Origin: Rhodobacter capsulatus SB 1003
GTDB taxonomy: Bacteria; Pseudomonadota; Alphaproteobacteria; Rhodobacterales; Rhodobacteraceae
Reading direction: 5' to 3'
Assembly (NCBI RefSeq): GCF_000021865.1
Contig: NC_014034.1
Coordinates: forward strand, 360,001 to 392,000
Length of the DNA stretch: 32,000 nucleotides
In this document: positions 8,659 through 17,489 of the stretch, piece after piece
How positions within the stretch are numbered: position 1 is the stretch's first letter
Layout: the number at the start of each line of letters is the position of its first letter
Position numbers and translations under genes: made by a program
The notes under the pieces: model-generated
Database searches by the model: none
Seen by the model: the letters and a program-made list of their open reading frames with translations, nothing else
What the model was told of the DNA's origin: nothing

Positions 8659-9548
8659 CGGCGGCGCGGCTTCACCCGCGTCAGCGTCGAGCGGATCATC
8701 GAGCCCGCCCCGTGTTCGGTGAACAGCTCCAGAAGGCAGGCGTTCGGCACCCGGCCATCGAGGATGACCACGGCGCGCACGCCCTCCTTGACCGCCTTCA
8801 GCGCGGTTTCGACCTTCGGGATCATGCCGCCCGAGATCGTGCCATCCTCGATCAGCGCATGGACCTCGTCGGGGCTCATCTGGGTGATGACCTCGCCCGC
8901 CTTGTTCTTGACGCCCGCGACATCGGTGAGCAGCAGCAGCCGGTCCGCCTGCAGCGCGCCGGCGATGGCGCCCGCGGCGGTGTCGCCGTTGACGTTGAAG
9001 GTCTCGTTGTCATTCACGCCCGTCGCCACCGGGGCGATGACCGGAATGAGCCCGGCGCCGTAAAGGTCGCGCACGATCTGCACGTTCATCTCGACCGGCT
9101 TGCCGACGAAGCCGAGTTCCGGGTCATCCGCCTCGCAGACCATCAGATCGTCGTCCTTGCCGGAGATCCCCACGGCGCGGCCGCCCTGATCGTTGATCGC
9201 CTGCACGATGCGCTTGTTCACCAGACCCGAGAGGATCATCTCGACCACTTCGACCGTGGCCTTGTCGGTGACGCGCTTGCCGCGGACCCAGTCGGACTTG
9301 ATGCCGAGCTTGGCCAGCATCTCGTTGATCATCGGCCCGCCGCCATGCACGACGACCGGGTTCATGCCGACCTGTTTCATCAAGACGACATCGCGGGCGA
9401 ATTCCGCCATCGCCTCGTCGTCGCCCATGGCATTGCCGCCGAATTTCACCACGACGACGGCGCCGGTGTAACGCTGCAGATAGGGAAGCGCCTCGGAAAG
9501 CGTCTTCGCGGTGGCGATCCAGTCACGGTCCATCGTCTGTTTTCTCAT
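8655..9548 (-). CDS. argB: Acetylglutamate kinase ArgB
   Basis: [11 protein letters not shown]...[10 protein letters not shown]...VVHGGGP motifs of the ArgB family. Start chosen at ATG 9548 ([10 protein letters not shown]), which has GAGGG upstream. Alternative starts are 9533 and 9587. Confidence 0.92.
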   Translation of the reverse strand: MRKQTMDRDWIATAKTLSEALPYLQRYTGAVVVVKFGGNAMGDDEAMAEFARDVVLMKQVGMNPVVVHGGGPMINEMLAKLGIKSDWVRGKRVTDKATVEVVEMILSGLVNKRIVQAINDQGGRAVGISGKDDDLMVCEADDPELGFVGKPVEMNVQIVRDLYGAGLIPVIAPVATGVNDNETFNVNGDTAAGAIAGALQADRLLLLTDVAGVKNKAGEVITQMSPDEVHALIEDGTISGGMIPKVETALKAVKEGVRAVVILDGRVPNACLLELFTEHGAGSMIRSTLTRVKPRRR

Positions 9549-9661
9549 CGGAAGCCCTCGGGGAAGTCCGGACTTTGTTAGAACCAATCGGCCCGACTGC
9601 CAAGGGCATTGCCATTCCCGCGCCGGTGATTACATCGAAGGGGAAAAGCAGGAGAACGGGC

Positions 9662-10393
9662 ATGGACGGACGGAAGGTGTTGCTGTTGACAGGGGCGAGC
9701 CGCGGGATCGGCCATGCCACGGTGAAGCGTTTCGCACGCGAAGGCTGGCGGATCATCACCTGCTCGCGCCAGCCCTTCCCCGAGCAATGCCCCTGGGGCG
9801 GCGGGCGCGAGGATCACATCCAGCTCGATCTGGGCGATCCGAATGCGACGATCCAGGCGATCGACGAGATCAAGTCGCGGCTGGGCGGCAAGCTGCATGC
9901 GCTGGTGAACAATGCGGGCATTTCGCCGAAGGGGCCGGGGGGCGCGCGGCTGAATTCCATCGACACCGATCTGCGGACCTGGGGACAGGTGTTCCATGTG
10001 AACTTCTTCGCCTCGATCGTGCTGGCCCGCGGGCTGAAGGACGAACTCTCGGCGGCCAAGGGCGCGGTGGTCAACGTCACCTCGATCGCGGGCTCGCGGG
10101 TGCATCCCTTTGCGGGGGCGGCCTATTCGACCTCAAAAGCGGCGCTGAAGGCGCTGACGCGGGAAATGGCGCATGATTTCGGGCCGATGGGGGTGCGGGT
10201 CAATGCGATTGCCCCGGGCGAGATCGAGACCTCGATCCTCTCGCCCGGCACCGAAAAGATCGTCGAGACCCTGCCCCTGCGCCGTCTGGGCCAGCCGCGC
10301 GAGGTGGCCGATGTGATCTGGTTCCTGTGCTCGGATGCGTCAAGCTATGTCACCGGCACGGAAATCGAAGTGAACGCGGGGCAGCACGTCTGA
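9662..10393 (+). CDS. SDR-family oxidoreductase
   Basis: The start at ATG 9662 gives MDGRKVLLLTGASRGIGHA (TGxxxGxG), NNAG and the catalytic YSTSK (YxxxK). The track start at 9575 is an unsupported extension. Confidence 0.88.
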   Translation: MDGRKVLLLTGASRGIGHATVKRFAREGWRIITCSRQPFPEQCPWGGGREDHIQLDLGDPNATIQAIDEIKSRLGGKLHALVNNAGISPKGPGGARLNSIDTDLRTWGQVFHVNFFASIVLARGLKDELSAAKGAVVNVTSIAGSRVHPFAGAAYSTSKAALKALTREMAHDFGPMGVRVNAIAPGEIETSILSPGTEKIVETLPLRRLGQPREVADVIWFLCSDASSYVTGTEIEVNAGQHV

Positions 10394-10404
10394 CCGGCGG
10401 GGCA

Positions 10405-10421
10405 GGGGGGCTGTGCCCCCC
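10405..10421. terminator. GC hairpin between convergent SDR and engB genes
   Basis: GGGGGGC-tgt-GCCCCCC, a 7-bp stem. No strong T-run follows. Base 10421 is shared with the engB stop codon. Confidence 0.4.
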
Positions 10422-11071
10422 TATTCCAGCGTGGCGATGATCGCGCGGAGCGTCTCGATGCCCTCGCCCTTTTCCGAGGAGGTGACGACGATCTCGGGAT
10501 AGGCTGCCGGGTGTTTGGCCAACGCGCCCTTGACCTGTTCGATCACCCGCTCCAGCTCGGCCTTGGAGATCTTGTCGGCCTTGGTCAGCACCGCCTGAAA
10601 GGTCACGGCGGAGCGGTCGAGAAGCTGCAGGATTTCCTCGTCGACCGCCTTCACCCCGTGGCGCGCGTCGATCAGGACGAAGGCGCGGCGCAGGGTGGCG
10701 CGGCCCGAGAGGTAGGATTTCAAAAGCGCCTGCCACTTCTTCACGATCGCCACCGGCGCTTCGGCGAAACCGTAGCCGGGCAGGTCGACCAGATAGGGGC
10801 CGCCCTCGGTGGTGAAGAAGTTGATCTCCTGCGTCCGGCCCGGCGTGTTCGAGGCGCGGGCAAGGTTCTTGCGCCCGGTCAAGGCATTGATCAGCGAGGA
10901 TTTCCCCACGTTCGAGCGGCCCGCGAAACAGACCTCGATCCGGTCGGCGGGCGGCAGGCCCGCCATCGCGACGACGCCCTTGAGAAACAGCACCTGCGCC
11001 GCGAACAGCAACCGGCCGCGTTCGCGGGCCTCTTGCTCCGGCTCCGGGGCCAGCGTGAATTGCATCTGCAT
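10421..11071 (-). CDS. engB: Ribosome biogenesis GTP-binding protein EngB/YihA
   Basis: G1 motif GRSNVGKSSLIN, DLPGYG and TKADK motifs. First ATG at 11071 (the track start at 11074 is TTG). It overlaps the stop of the upstream MOSC gene. Confidence 0.9.
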   Translation of the reverse strand: MQMQFTLAPEPEQEARERGRLLFAAQVLFLKGVVAMAGLPPADRIEVCFAGRSNVGKSSLINALTGRKNLARASNTPGRTQEINFFTTEGGPYLVDLPGYGFAEAPVAIVKKWQALLKSYLSGRATLRRAFVLIDARHGVKAVDEEILQLLDRSAVTFQAVLTKADKISKAELERVIEQVKGALAKHPAAYPEIVVTSSEKGEGIETLRAIIATLE

Positions 11072-11826
11072 CAAAGCACCTCCACAGGGTCGCCAAGGGT
11101 GATGGTGCCGCTTTCGATCACCGTCGCATAACAGCCGAAATGCCAGTCGCCGTGCAGGCGCTCGAGCAGGTCCAGCATTTCAAGATCTTCCGTCCCCGTC
11201 GCCGGATCGGTGCAGGTGGCCCGGCAGCGGGTGATCGGCATTGCCACCTCCAGCACGGCCGCACCAAGGCGCAGCCGTTTGCCGACCAGATCCCGCTCGG
11301 CCCAGGGGGCCCAGCCCTCCACCCAGAGATTGCCGCGAAAGCGGTGCCGCGAGATTTCCCGCCCGGCGGCCTGACCAAGTGCTCCGAGAGACGAGAGCGA
11401 CAGCAGCGAAACATAGGGCTCTGCCATGTCGGCCAGCGCGACCCCCTCGACACGTTCGACCGCGCGCGGCGCCGGGCGGCTCTCGGGCCAGAGCGGGGTC
11501 AGCCAGTCGATCAGCCGCGCCTGATCCCCGGGCCGGTCGGGATCGACGGTCAGGGCGGGGCGCTCGGGATGGGTGAGGTCAAGCTGCCCGTCGGGGCGCA
11601 GCCGGGCCTGCACCGCCATCAGCTTCGGGGCGGCAACCCCACGCAGGAAATTCATCTTGCGCGCCCAGGCGCCCAGGGGGCTGTCGAATTTCGCCGCCTG
11701 ATGCGACACCGCCCAGACCCGGTCAAAAGGCAGAACGCGCCCCTGCATCAGGGGCGCGCTTTCGATGTCCTCGTAGCCGATCGACTTGATCGGATGCCGG
11801 ACGATATGGGTCAGCCGTCCGGTCAT
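11071..11826 (-). CDS. MOSC domain-containing protein
   Basis: 251 aa. N-terminal beta-barrel-like HIVRHPIKSIGYE and the conserved Cys region ITRCRATCTDPATG. ATGA overlap with the yidC stop. Confidence 0.8.
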   Translation of the reverse strand: MTGRLTHIVRHPIKSIGYEDIESAPLMQGRVLPFDRVWAVSHQAAKFDSPLGAWARKMNFLRGVAAPKLMAVQARLRPDGQLDLTHPERPALTVDPDRPGDQARLIDWLTPLWPESRPAPRAVERVEGVALADMAEPYVSLLSLSSLGALGQAAGREISRHRFRGNLWVEGWAPWAERDLVGKRLRLGAAVLEVAMPITRCRATCTDPATGTEDLEMLDLLERLHGDWHFGCYATVIESGTITLGDPVEVL

Positions 11827-13670
11827 TTCTTCGGCGGTTCTTCCGCGGTCTTCTTGCGGAACCCGGCGATGATGTTGCCGAACAGGTCAGGCCGTTTGCC
11901 GTGCAGCGACATGATCGAATATTGCTGGATGAAGGTGATCACGTTGTTGGCGATCCAGTAGAGCACCAGCCCCGAGGCGAAGCCGCCCAGCATGAACATG
12001 AAGATCCACGGCATCCAGGCGAAGATCGCGGCCTGGCTCGGATCGGTGGGCGCGGGGTTCAGCTTTTGCTGGAACCACATCGAGATGCCCAGCAGGATCG
12101 GCAGCACGCCAAGGCTGAAGATGAACAAGAGCGAACCCGGTTCCGGCGTCGCATAGGGCAAGAGGCCGAACAGGTTCAGGATCGAGGACGGATCGGGGGC
12201 CGAAAGGTCCTTGATCCAGCCGATCCAGGGCGCGTGGTAGAGCTCGATCGTGACGTAGATCACCTTGTAGAGCGAGAAGAAGATCGGGATCTGCAGCAGG
12301 ATCGGCAGACAGCCCGCGGCGGGGTTGATCTTTTCGCGCTTGTAAAGCTCCATCATGCCGCGTTGCAGCGCCTGCTTGTCATCCTTGGTGCGCTCTTTCA
12401 GCGCCTCCATGGCTGGCTGGATTTCCTTCATCTTCGCCATCGAGATGTAGGAGGTCCGCGCCAGCGGGAAGACGATCAGCTTGATGATCACGGTCAGCGC
12501 GATGATCGCCCAGCCCATGTTGCCCAGCACCGCATGCAGCCAGTGCAGCAGCCGGAACATCGGCTTGGTCAGGAAGTAGTACCAGCCCCAGTCGATCGAA
12601 TCGACGAACCGGGTGATCTGCGGCTGCGTCGGGTCGATCTTGTCGCCGAAGAGCCGGTCGAACATGCCGGGATCGTTCTGATATTGCGCGATCGCTTCCC
12701 ATTCCTTCGCGCCCGCGAAAAGCCGCATCGTGACCGAGGTGCTGGCCCCGGCCGCGATCTCGACGGCGGGCTGGCGGGTCTCAGTCTGGTACAGATCGGC
12801 CGAGGGGACGTATTTCACCACCGAGGTGAAGCGCGCGGTGTCCGGAATGAGCGTGGTCATCCAGTATTTGTCGGTGAACCCGGCCCAGCCGCCGGTATCG
12901 GCGCTGCGCACATCGGCCTGACCCTCGCCCTCGAGCGCGTCAAGATCGGTGATCTTCTTGTATTTGATTTCCTGCAGCTCGCCGTTGGTCATCCGCACCG
13001 CGCCTTCGTGCAGCACATAGACGCGGTTGCCCGCCGGGATGCCGTGCCGGGCGATGATGCCCCAGGGCGCGATGCTGACCGCGGCCGCGCCGGTGTTCGT
13101 CACCGCATCGGTCACGGTGAACAGATATTGCGGATCGACGGCGATGGTGCGGGTGAAGGTCAGCCCGGCGCCATTGTCCCAGGTCAGCACGAGTGGCGTC
13201 TCGGGGGTCAGCTTCGCACCTGCGGGGGCGGTCCAGAGCGTCTTCGGCCCGGGCACCTGCGCGGCGGTCACGCCCGCAAGCGCCGACCAGCCCTGCACCA
13301 CGTAATAGGGCTTGGCCGCATTCAGATCGCTGCCGCCGACCGGCGCCAGCAGGCGGACGAGCGGCGAGGCCGGGTCGAGTTTCTCGTGATAATGCTTGAG
13401 CGAGAGGTCATCGAACCGCGCGCCAAGCAGCGAGATCGAGCCGGTCAGCGCCGGCGTGTCGATGGTGACGCGCGGCGCCTCGGGCGCGGGCTCGACCGCG
13501 GGCGCGGCCGTGGCCACGGGGGCGGCCGTCGGCGCCGGGGTCGCGGTCTGCTCTGCCACGGCCGGGTCCGTCGGTTCCGGTTTCGGCGGCGGGAAGAAGA
13601 CGGTCCAGACGACGATCACCAGTGCCGAAAGCACCGTCGCAAGGATGAGGTTCCTGTTTTGATTGTCCAT
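11823..13670 (-). CDS. yidC: Membrane protein insertase YidC
   Basis: 615 aa. N-terminal MDNQNRNLILATVLSALVI anchor, large periplasmic domain and C-terminal 5-TM core with GCLPILLQIPIFFSLY. Confidence 0.95.
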   Translation of the reverse strand: MDNQNRNLILATVLSALVIVVWTVFFPPPKPEPTDPAVAEQTATPAPTAAPVATAAPAVEPAPEAPRVTIDTPALTGSISLLGARFDDLSLKHYHEKLDPASPLVRLLAPVGGSDLNAAKPYYVVQGWSALAGVTAAQVPGPKTLWTAPAGAKLTPETPLVLTWDNGAGLTFTRTIAVDPQYLFTVTDAVTNTGAAAVSIAPWGIIARHGIPAGNRVYVLHEGAVRMTNGELQEIKYKKITDLDALEGEGQADVRSADTGGWAGFTDKYWMTTLIPDTARFTSVVKYVPSADLYQTETRQPAVEIAAGASTSVTMRLFAGAKEWEAIAQYQNDPGMFDRLFGDKIDPTQPQITRFVDSIDWGWYYFLTKPMFRLLHWLHAVLGNMGWAIIALTVIIKLIVFPLARTSYISMAKMKEIQPAMEALKERTKDDKQALQRGMMELYKREKINPAAGCLPILLQIPIFFSLYKVIYVTIELYHAPWIGWIKDLSAPDPSSILNLFGLLPYATPEPGSLLFIFSLGVLPILLGISMWFQQKLNPAPTDPSQAAIFAWMPWIFMFMLGGFASGLVLYWIANNVITFIQQYSIMSLHGKRPDLFGNIIAGFRKKTAEEPPKK

Positions 13671-13805
13671 GGGCGTGCATTTCCCCTGCCGATCCGGAGT
13701 CGGCCCGGTTCAACAGAAGGGGCGGCCAAAGGTCAAGCGGTTTCGCGCGGCCACCTGTCGCAAGCGGCGATTCCCGCCTTATGTCGCAGCGGCAGCCGGG
13801 CCCGG

Positions 13806-15350
13806 TCAGGCGCCGCGGCGCAGGTCCGGCCGCGGGATCGAGGCCAGCCGCGCATCATGGCGTCCCATCCATCCGGCGCATTCGTCCAGCGGCAGCGGCG
13901 CCGAGATCGCCTTGCCCTGCACGTGATGACAGCCGAGCTGCGCCAGCATCGCATGTTCGCCGATCGTTGCCACGCCTTCGGCCAGGGTCTCGAGCCCGAG
14001 CCCGGCGGCAAAGGAGATGATCGCCGAAACCAGGCGCTGCTGTTCCGGGTCGCGTTCGACATTGGTGACGAAAGAGCGGTGGATGCGGATGCGTTCCGCG
14101 CCGGTGCGGCGGATCGCCGAGACCGAAATCGGCCCGGTGCCGAACCCCGCCAGCTCGATCCGGCAGCCCATCTTCGCGCAATGCGCGATGTTGCGCATCA
14201 CCACCTCGTCGTCGAGCCGGGCGGTAACCTCGCGGTGCAGCACCAGACAGACGCGTTGCGGCGCCATGTCGAAGCGGTCGAATTCCCATTTCAGCCGGTC
14301 GGACATCTTCGGATCGGTGACATGGTCAAGCCCGATCGGCAGGCTGACAAGCCCCGGTCCGGCGGGCAGCTTGTCCCATTCGCGCAGCGCGCCGAAACAT
14401 TGAAACAGCATCACTTCCGCCAGCCGCCCCTGCAGGCCGTTCGCGGTGATGGCGGGCAGGATCTCGGCCTCGCCGAGGATGCCGCGGTCGCGGTCAAGCC
14501 AGCGCGGCACCGCCTGCATCCCCGAAATCGTGCCGGTGTCGGTGCTGATCTGCGGCTGGAAATAGGCGACGATGCGCCCGTCTTCGAGCGCGGGGGTGAT
14601 TTCGCTGTCCAGCTTGCCCTGCGTCCGGGCGAAGGGACGGGCGTCCGGCGCATAGGCCCGGATGCAACCCGGACCATGGCGCGCGGCCTCTTCGGCGGCG
14701 GTTTCGGCCGCGCTCAGGATCGCGGGGCCGGTCGGTTCGGGGGCGCGGGTCATCAGGCAGAAGCCGACATGGCTGGTGATGTTCACGCTGCGCCCGTTGA
14801 CCGAATAGGGCGCGTCGCAGGCCTGCTGCAGCCGCCCCGCAAGCTGGATCATGCCTTCCAGATCGGGCCGGTGCGTCGGGGCAAGGATCGCCGCATGGCG
14901 GGCGTTGTCGATCAGGGCGATTCGGTCGGTGTTGCGCAACACGCCGCGGATGCGGGCGCCGACGGCCTGCTGGAAATCCTCGAATTCCGCGCGCGACATC
15001 TGCCGCGAGACCGCCGCCGGATCGTCGATGCCGATCACCAGACAGGCCGTGCCCTTGCCCGCCGCCTGCGCATCCTGCGCCGCGGCCTGCATCATCTCCT
15101 CGGCATCGGCGCGTTGCGGCAGCGCACGCAGGGCGCTGCCATCCTCCTCGATTTCCTCGGGAATCGCCAGCGGCCGGCTCATCCAGGCGACGATCAGCGC
15201 GGTCACGCCGACAAGCGTCATCCCCTCGAGCCCGAACCAGAGCCCCGCCAGCGAGACGGCAGGCAGAAAGGCCACCATTTCCCGGCGCAAGAGAATCGGC
15301 CCCTTGCGTTTCGCCCCGGTTTTCTTGCCCTTCCATGCGGATTTGACCAT
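13806..15350 (-). CDS. Membrane-anchored GGDEF-EAL domain protein with both signature motifs degenerate
   Basis: Start chosen at ATG 15350 (GAGGGCGAAA upstream). Two N-terminal hydrophobic helices. GGDEF-fold region with DNARH in place of GGDEF. EAL-fold region with FQPQ, QAVPRW (instead of EALxRW), AGFGTG (instead of DDFGTG), RIH (instead of KID) and EGVA (instead of EGVE). Confidence 0.85.
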   Translation of the reverse strand: MVKSAWKGKKTGAKRKGPILLRREMVAFLPAVSLAGLWFGLEGMTLVGVTALIVAWMSRPLAIPEEIEEDGSALRALPQRADAEEMMQAAAQDAQAAGKGTACLVIGIDDPAAVSRQMSRAEFEDFQQAVGARIRGVLRNTDRIALIDNARHAAILAPTHRPDLEGMIQLAGRLQQACDAPYSVNGRSVNITSHVGFCLMTRAPEPTGPAILSAAETAAEEAARHGPGCIRAYAPDARPFARTQGKLDSEITPALEDGRIVAYFQPQISTDTGTISGMQAVPRWLDRDRGILGEAEILPAITANGLQGRLAEVMLFQCFGALREWDKLPAGPGLVSLPIGLDHVTDPKMSDRLKWEFDRFDMAPQRVCLVLHREVTARLDDEVVMRNIAHCAKMGCRIELAGFGTGPISVSAIRRTGAERIRIHRSFVTNVERDPEQQRLVSAIISFAAGLGLETLAEGVATIGEHAMLAQLGCHHVQGKAISAPLPLDECAGWMGRHDARLASIPRPDLRRGA

Positions 15351-15427
15351 TTTCGCCCTCGTCCCAGTCCAAAGGGGCATGCCCCTCGCATCGGGGATGA
15401 CCCTAGGCAGGTTTCGTCAGGGATTGG

Positions 15428-16312
15428 TTAATAACCTTGGCGCAAATTCGGCATGTTTTCGTTAAAATCCCCGGCAATCGGCGCCTCGGCCCGCATCAGC
15501 GCGGCGAAGTCGAACAGGCCCGGGTCGCACAGATGCGAGGGGCGGACATTCATCAGCGACCGGAACATCACCTGACGACGGCCGGGGCTGCGGGCCTCCC
15601 ACGCGTCGAGGATCTGCTTGACCTGCACCCGCTGCAGGCCTTCCTGAGAGCCGCAGAGATTGCAGGGGATGATCGGATAGCCCATGCCGCGGGCGAATTT
15701 CTCGCAATCGGCCTCGGCGACGAAGGCGAGCGGGCGGCAGACGAACAGATCGCCCTCCTCGTTCAGCAGCCGCGGCGGCATCGTGGCCAGCCGCCCGCCG
15801 TGAAAGAGATTCATGAAGAAGGTTTCCAGAATGTCGTCGCGGTGATGGCCAAGGACGACGGTGGAACAGCCCTCTTCGCGGGCGATGCGGTAAAGATTGC
15901 CGCGCCGCAGCCGCGAACACAGGCTGCAGGTGGTCTGACCTTCGGGGATCTTCTCCTTGACCACCGAATAGGTGTCCTGAAACTCGATCCGGTGGGCGAC
16001 CCCCATGCGGGTCAGGAAGTCGGGCAGGACGGTGGCGGGAAAGCCCGGCTGCCCCTGATCAAGGTTGCAGGCGAGCAGATCGACCGGCAGCAGGCCGCGC
16101 CATTTCAGCTCGACCAGCGCGGCGAGCAGCGTGTAGCTGTCCTTGCCGCCCGAGAGGCAGACCAGCCAGCGATCCCCGGGCCTGACCATGCCATAGGTCT
16201 CGATCGCGTCGCGGGTCTCGCGCAGGATGCGCTTGCGCAACTTCTTGAATTCGGTGGAGGAAGGCGCCCCCGCCAGCAGCGGCGGCAGGCCGGTGTCATC
16301 CTCGTCAAGCAT
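15428..16312 (-). CDS. ttcA: tRNA 2-thiocytidine(32) synthetase TtcA
   Basis: PP-loop CLSGGKDS, CxxC motifs ([17 protein letters not shown]). Start chosen at ATG 16312 (MLDEDDTG...), an 8-nt overlap with yidD. Confidence 0.9.
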   Translation of the reverse strand: MLDEDDTGLPPLLAGAPSSTEFKKLRKRILRETRDAIETYGMVRPGDRWLVCLSGGKDSYTLLAALVELKWRGLLPVDLLACNLDQGQPGFPATVLPDFLTRMGVAHRIEFQDTYSVVKEKIPEGQTTCSLCSRLRRGNLYRIAREEGCSTVVLGHHRDDILETFFMNLFHGGRLATMPPRLLNEEGDLFVCRPLAFVAEADCEKFARGMGYPIIPCNLCGSQEGLQRVQVKQILDAWEARSPGRRQVMFRSLMNVRPSHLCDPGLFDFAALMRAEAPIAGDFNENMPNLRQGY

Positions 16313-16574
16313 GGTCGTGATCCTTGTGCCGCGTCGCGTCAAAGGCCGGATCGGCGCCCGGCACCGGGTCGTAGCCATGCCCGCCCCAGGGGTGACACGA
16401 GGCCACCCGTTTCGCCGCCAGCCAGCCGCCCTTCACCGCGCCGTGGCGTTCGAGCGCCTCCATCGCATAGGCGGAACAGGTCGGCTGATAGCGGCAGCCA
16501 TGGCCCACCCAGGGGGACAGCAGCAGCCGATAGCCGCGCACGGGCAGCGACACGAGAAAGGCGAGGGGGCTCAT
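16305..16574 (-). CDS. yidD: Membrane protein insertion efficiency factor YidD
   Basis: 89 aa. [31 protein letters not shown]...[13 protein letters not shown] is the YidD signature. ATGA overlap with rnpA. Confidence 0.92.
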   Translation of the reverse strand: MSPLAFLVSLPVRGYRLLLSPWVGHGCRYQPTCSAYAMEALERHGAVKGGWLAAKRVASCHPWGGHGYDPVPGADPAFDATRHKDHDHA

Positions 16575-17059
16575 TTGCCCCGTCTCCGGCCCTTTGGCAC
16601 CTCGCCCAGCGGGCGCGGCTTCAGGCTGCGCCCGGCGTGAATCTCGGTGATGGCGCGGACAAGATCGGCCTGCAGCGCGGCAAAGTCACGGCTGGCCGTG
16701 GCCTCGGGGCGGCCGACAAGGACATAGTCCCAGCCGGGCAGGCCAAGCGCGGGCAGGCCAAGCCGGGCCACTTCGCGCAGCCGGCGCTTGGCGCGGTTGC
16801 GGGCCACGGCATTGCCGAGTTTCTTCGAACAGGTGAAGCCGACGCGGATCAGATCGGCGGCGGCCGTGTCGGCCTCGCCACGCTTGCGCGCCTGCAGCAG
16901 AAAGCCCGGCGCGCTCATCCGTTGCGCCGAGGCGGCACGCAGGAAATCGGCGCGTTTGCGCAGGATGAGGATGGTCCGGCCCGGAAATGGGGAAACCGCC
17001 GGGCGGCTTCCCGGGTCCCGACCCTCGGGGTCAGTCGCGGGCGCCTCCGGCGGTGTCAT
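16571..17059 (-). CDS. rnpA: Ribonuclease P protein component RnpA
   Basis: The core ILRKRADFL...[23 protein letters not shown] is the RnpA RNR motif region. It lies 17 nt downstream of rpmH. The start at ATG 17059 gives a Pro/Gly-rich N-terminal extension, so the true start is uncertain. Confidence 0.85.
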   Translation of the reverse strand: MTPPEAPATDPEGRDPGSRPAVSPFPGRTILILRKRADFLRAASAQRMSAPGFLLQARKRGEADTAAADLIRVGFTCSKKLGNAVARNRAKRRLREVARLGLPALGLPGWDYVLVGRPEATASRDFAALQADLVRAITEIHAGRSLKPRPLGEVPKGRRRGK

Positions 17060-17076
17060 CGGTCAGGCCGTGAGCC

Positions 17077-17211
17077 TTACGCCGACAGAACCTTGCGGCC
17101 GCGGGCGCGACGGGCGTTCAGAACCTTGCGGCCGCCTTTGGTCGCCATGCGGGCGCGGAAGCCGTGACGGCGGGCGCGAACGAGGTTCGACGGCTGGAAA
17201 GTGCGTTTCAT
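17077..17211 (-). CDS. rpmH: 50S ribosomal protein L34
   Basis: The internal ATG at 17211 gives the 44-aa [44 protein letters not shown], a canonical L34. The track ORF (77 aa) is over-extended. Confidence 0.95.
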   Translation of the reverse strand: MKRTFQPSNLVRARRHGFRARMATKGGRKVLNARRARGRKVLSA

Positions 17212-17288
17212 CGCGGATACTCCGGTTGTCTTGTCGGGGGGGCAGCTGACTTCCTGCCGGATTCGGCCGCCCTGCAATTGAAGCCCGG

Positions 17289-17317
17289 TCTTTAGGGGCA
17301 TCGCCCGCACAAGTCAA
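17289..17317 (-). promoter_or_regulatory. Candidate sigma-70 promoter for rpmH-rnpA
   Basis: The minus strand reads TTGACT (17317-17312), a 17-nt spacer, then TAAAGA (17294-17289), about 75 nt upstream of the rpmH ATG. Confidence 0.4.
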
Positions 17318-17413
17318 TTCATCCGCGCGGGTTTTTTGCGCCTCCCGCGCCTGCGCGGCGTTTGCGCCCTTCCGCTGCCGCCACGCGCCCCCTATGTAGG
17401 TGCAAAAGGCTTT

Positions 17414-17465
17414 GGTATTCCTGAAAAATGCCGAAGCGACAAAGGGGGGCGAAAGGACCCCCGGG
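17414..17465. repeat. Partial copy of the REP-like intergenic element
   Basis: ggTATTcctgaaaaatgCCgAAG..AAAGGGGGGCG-aaagga-CCCCC resembles the TATTT..CAAG..AAAGGGGGGCGG-gag-CCCCC tail of copies A and B. It lies upstream of the preferred kinase start. Confidence 0.35.
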
Positions 17466-17489
17466 CGGATCGCCGCCGATCGGGACAGG

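Noticed and set aside
15374-15385. 12-nt GC palindromes GGGGCATGCCCC (15374-15385) and GGGCGGCCGCCC (26254-26265) as operator sites
   Set aside because: Short G/C-only palindromes are expected frequently at this base composition. No second half-site, repeat or partner regulator gene is nearby. They are noted only as members of the general G-run/C-run hairpin class.
11901-15431. 1176-aa ORF on the plus strand
   Set aside because: It is entirely antisense to yidC, the GGDEF-EAL gene and the end of ttcA. The translation is low-complexity and rich in R/G/D/P/H with no recognisable motifs. This is the typical stop-free antisense frame of a high-GC genome.
17212-17489. Replication origin next to rpmH, as in the dnaA-rpmH arrangement of many bacteria
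   Set aside because: dnaA is not adjacent. I found no cluster of DnaA-box-like 9-mers (TTATCCACA or TGATCCACA types) and no AT-rich unwinding stretch in the 278-bp region.
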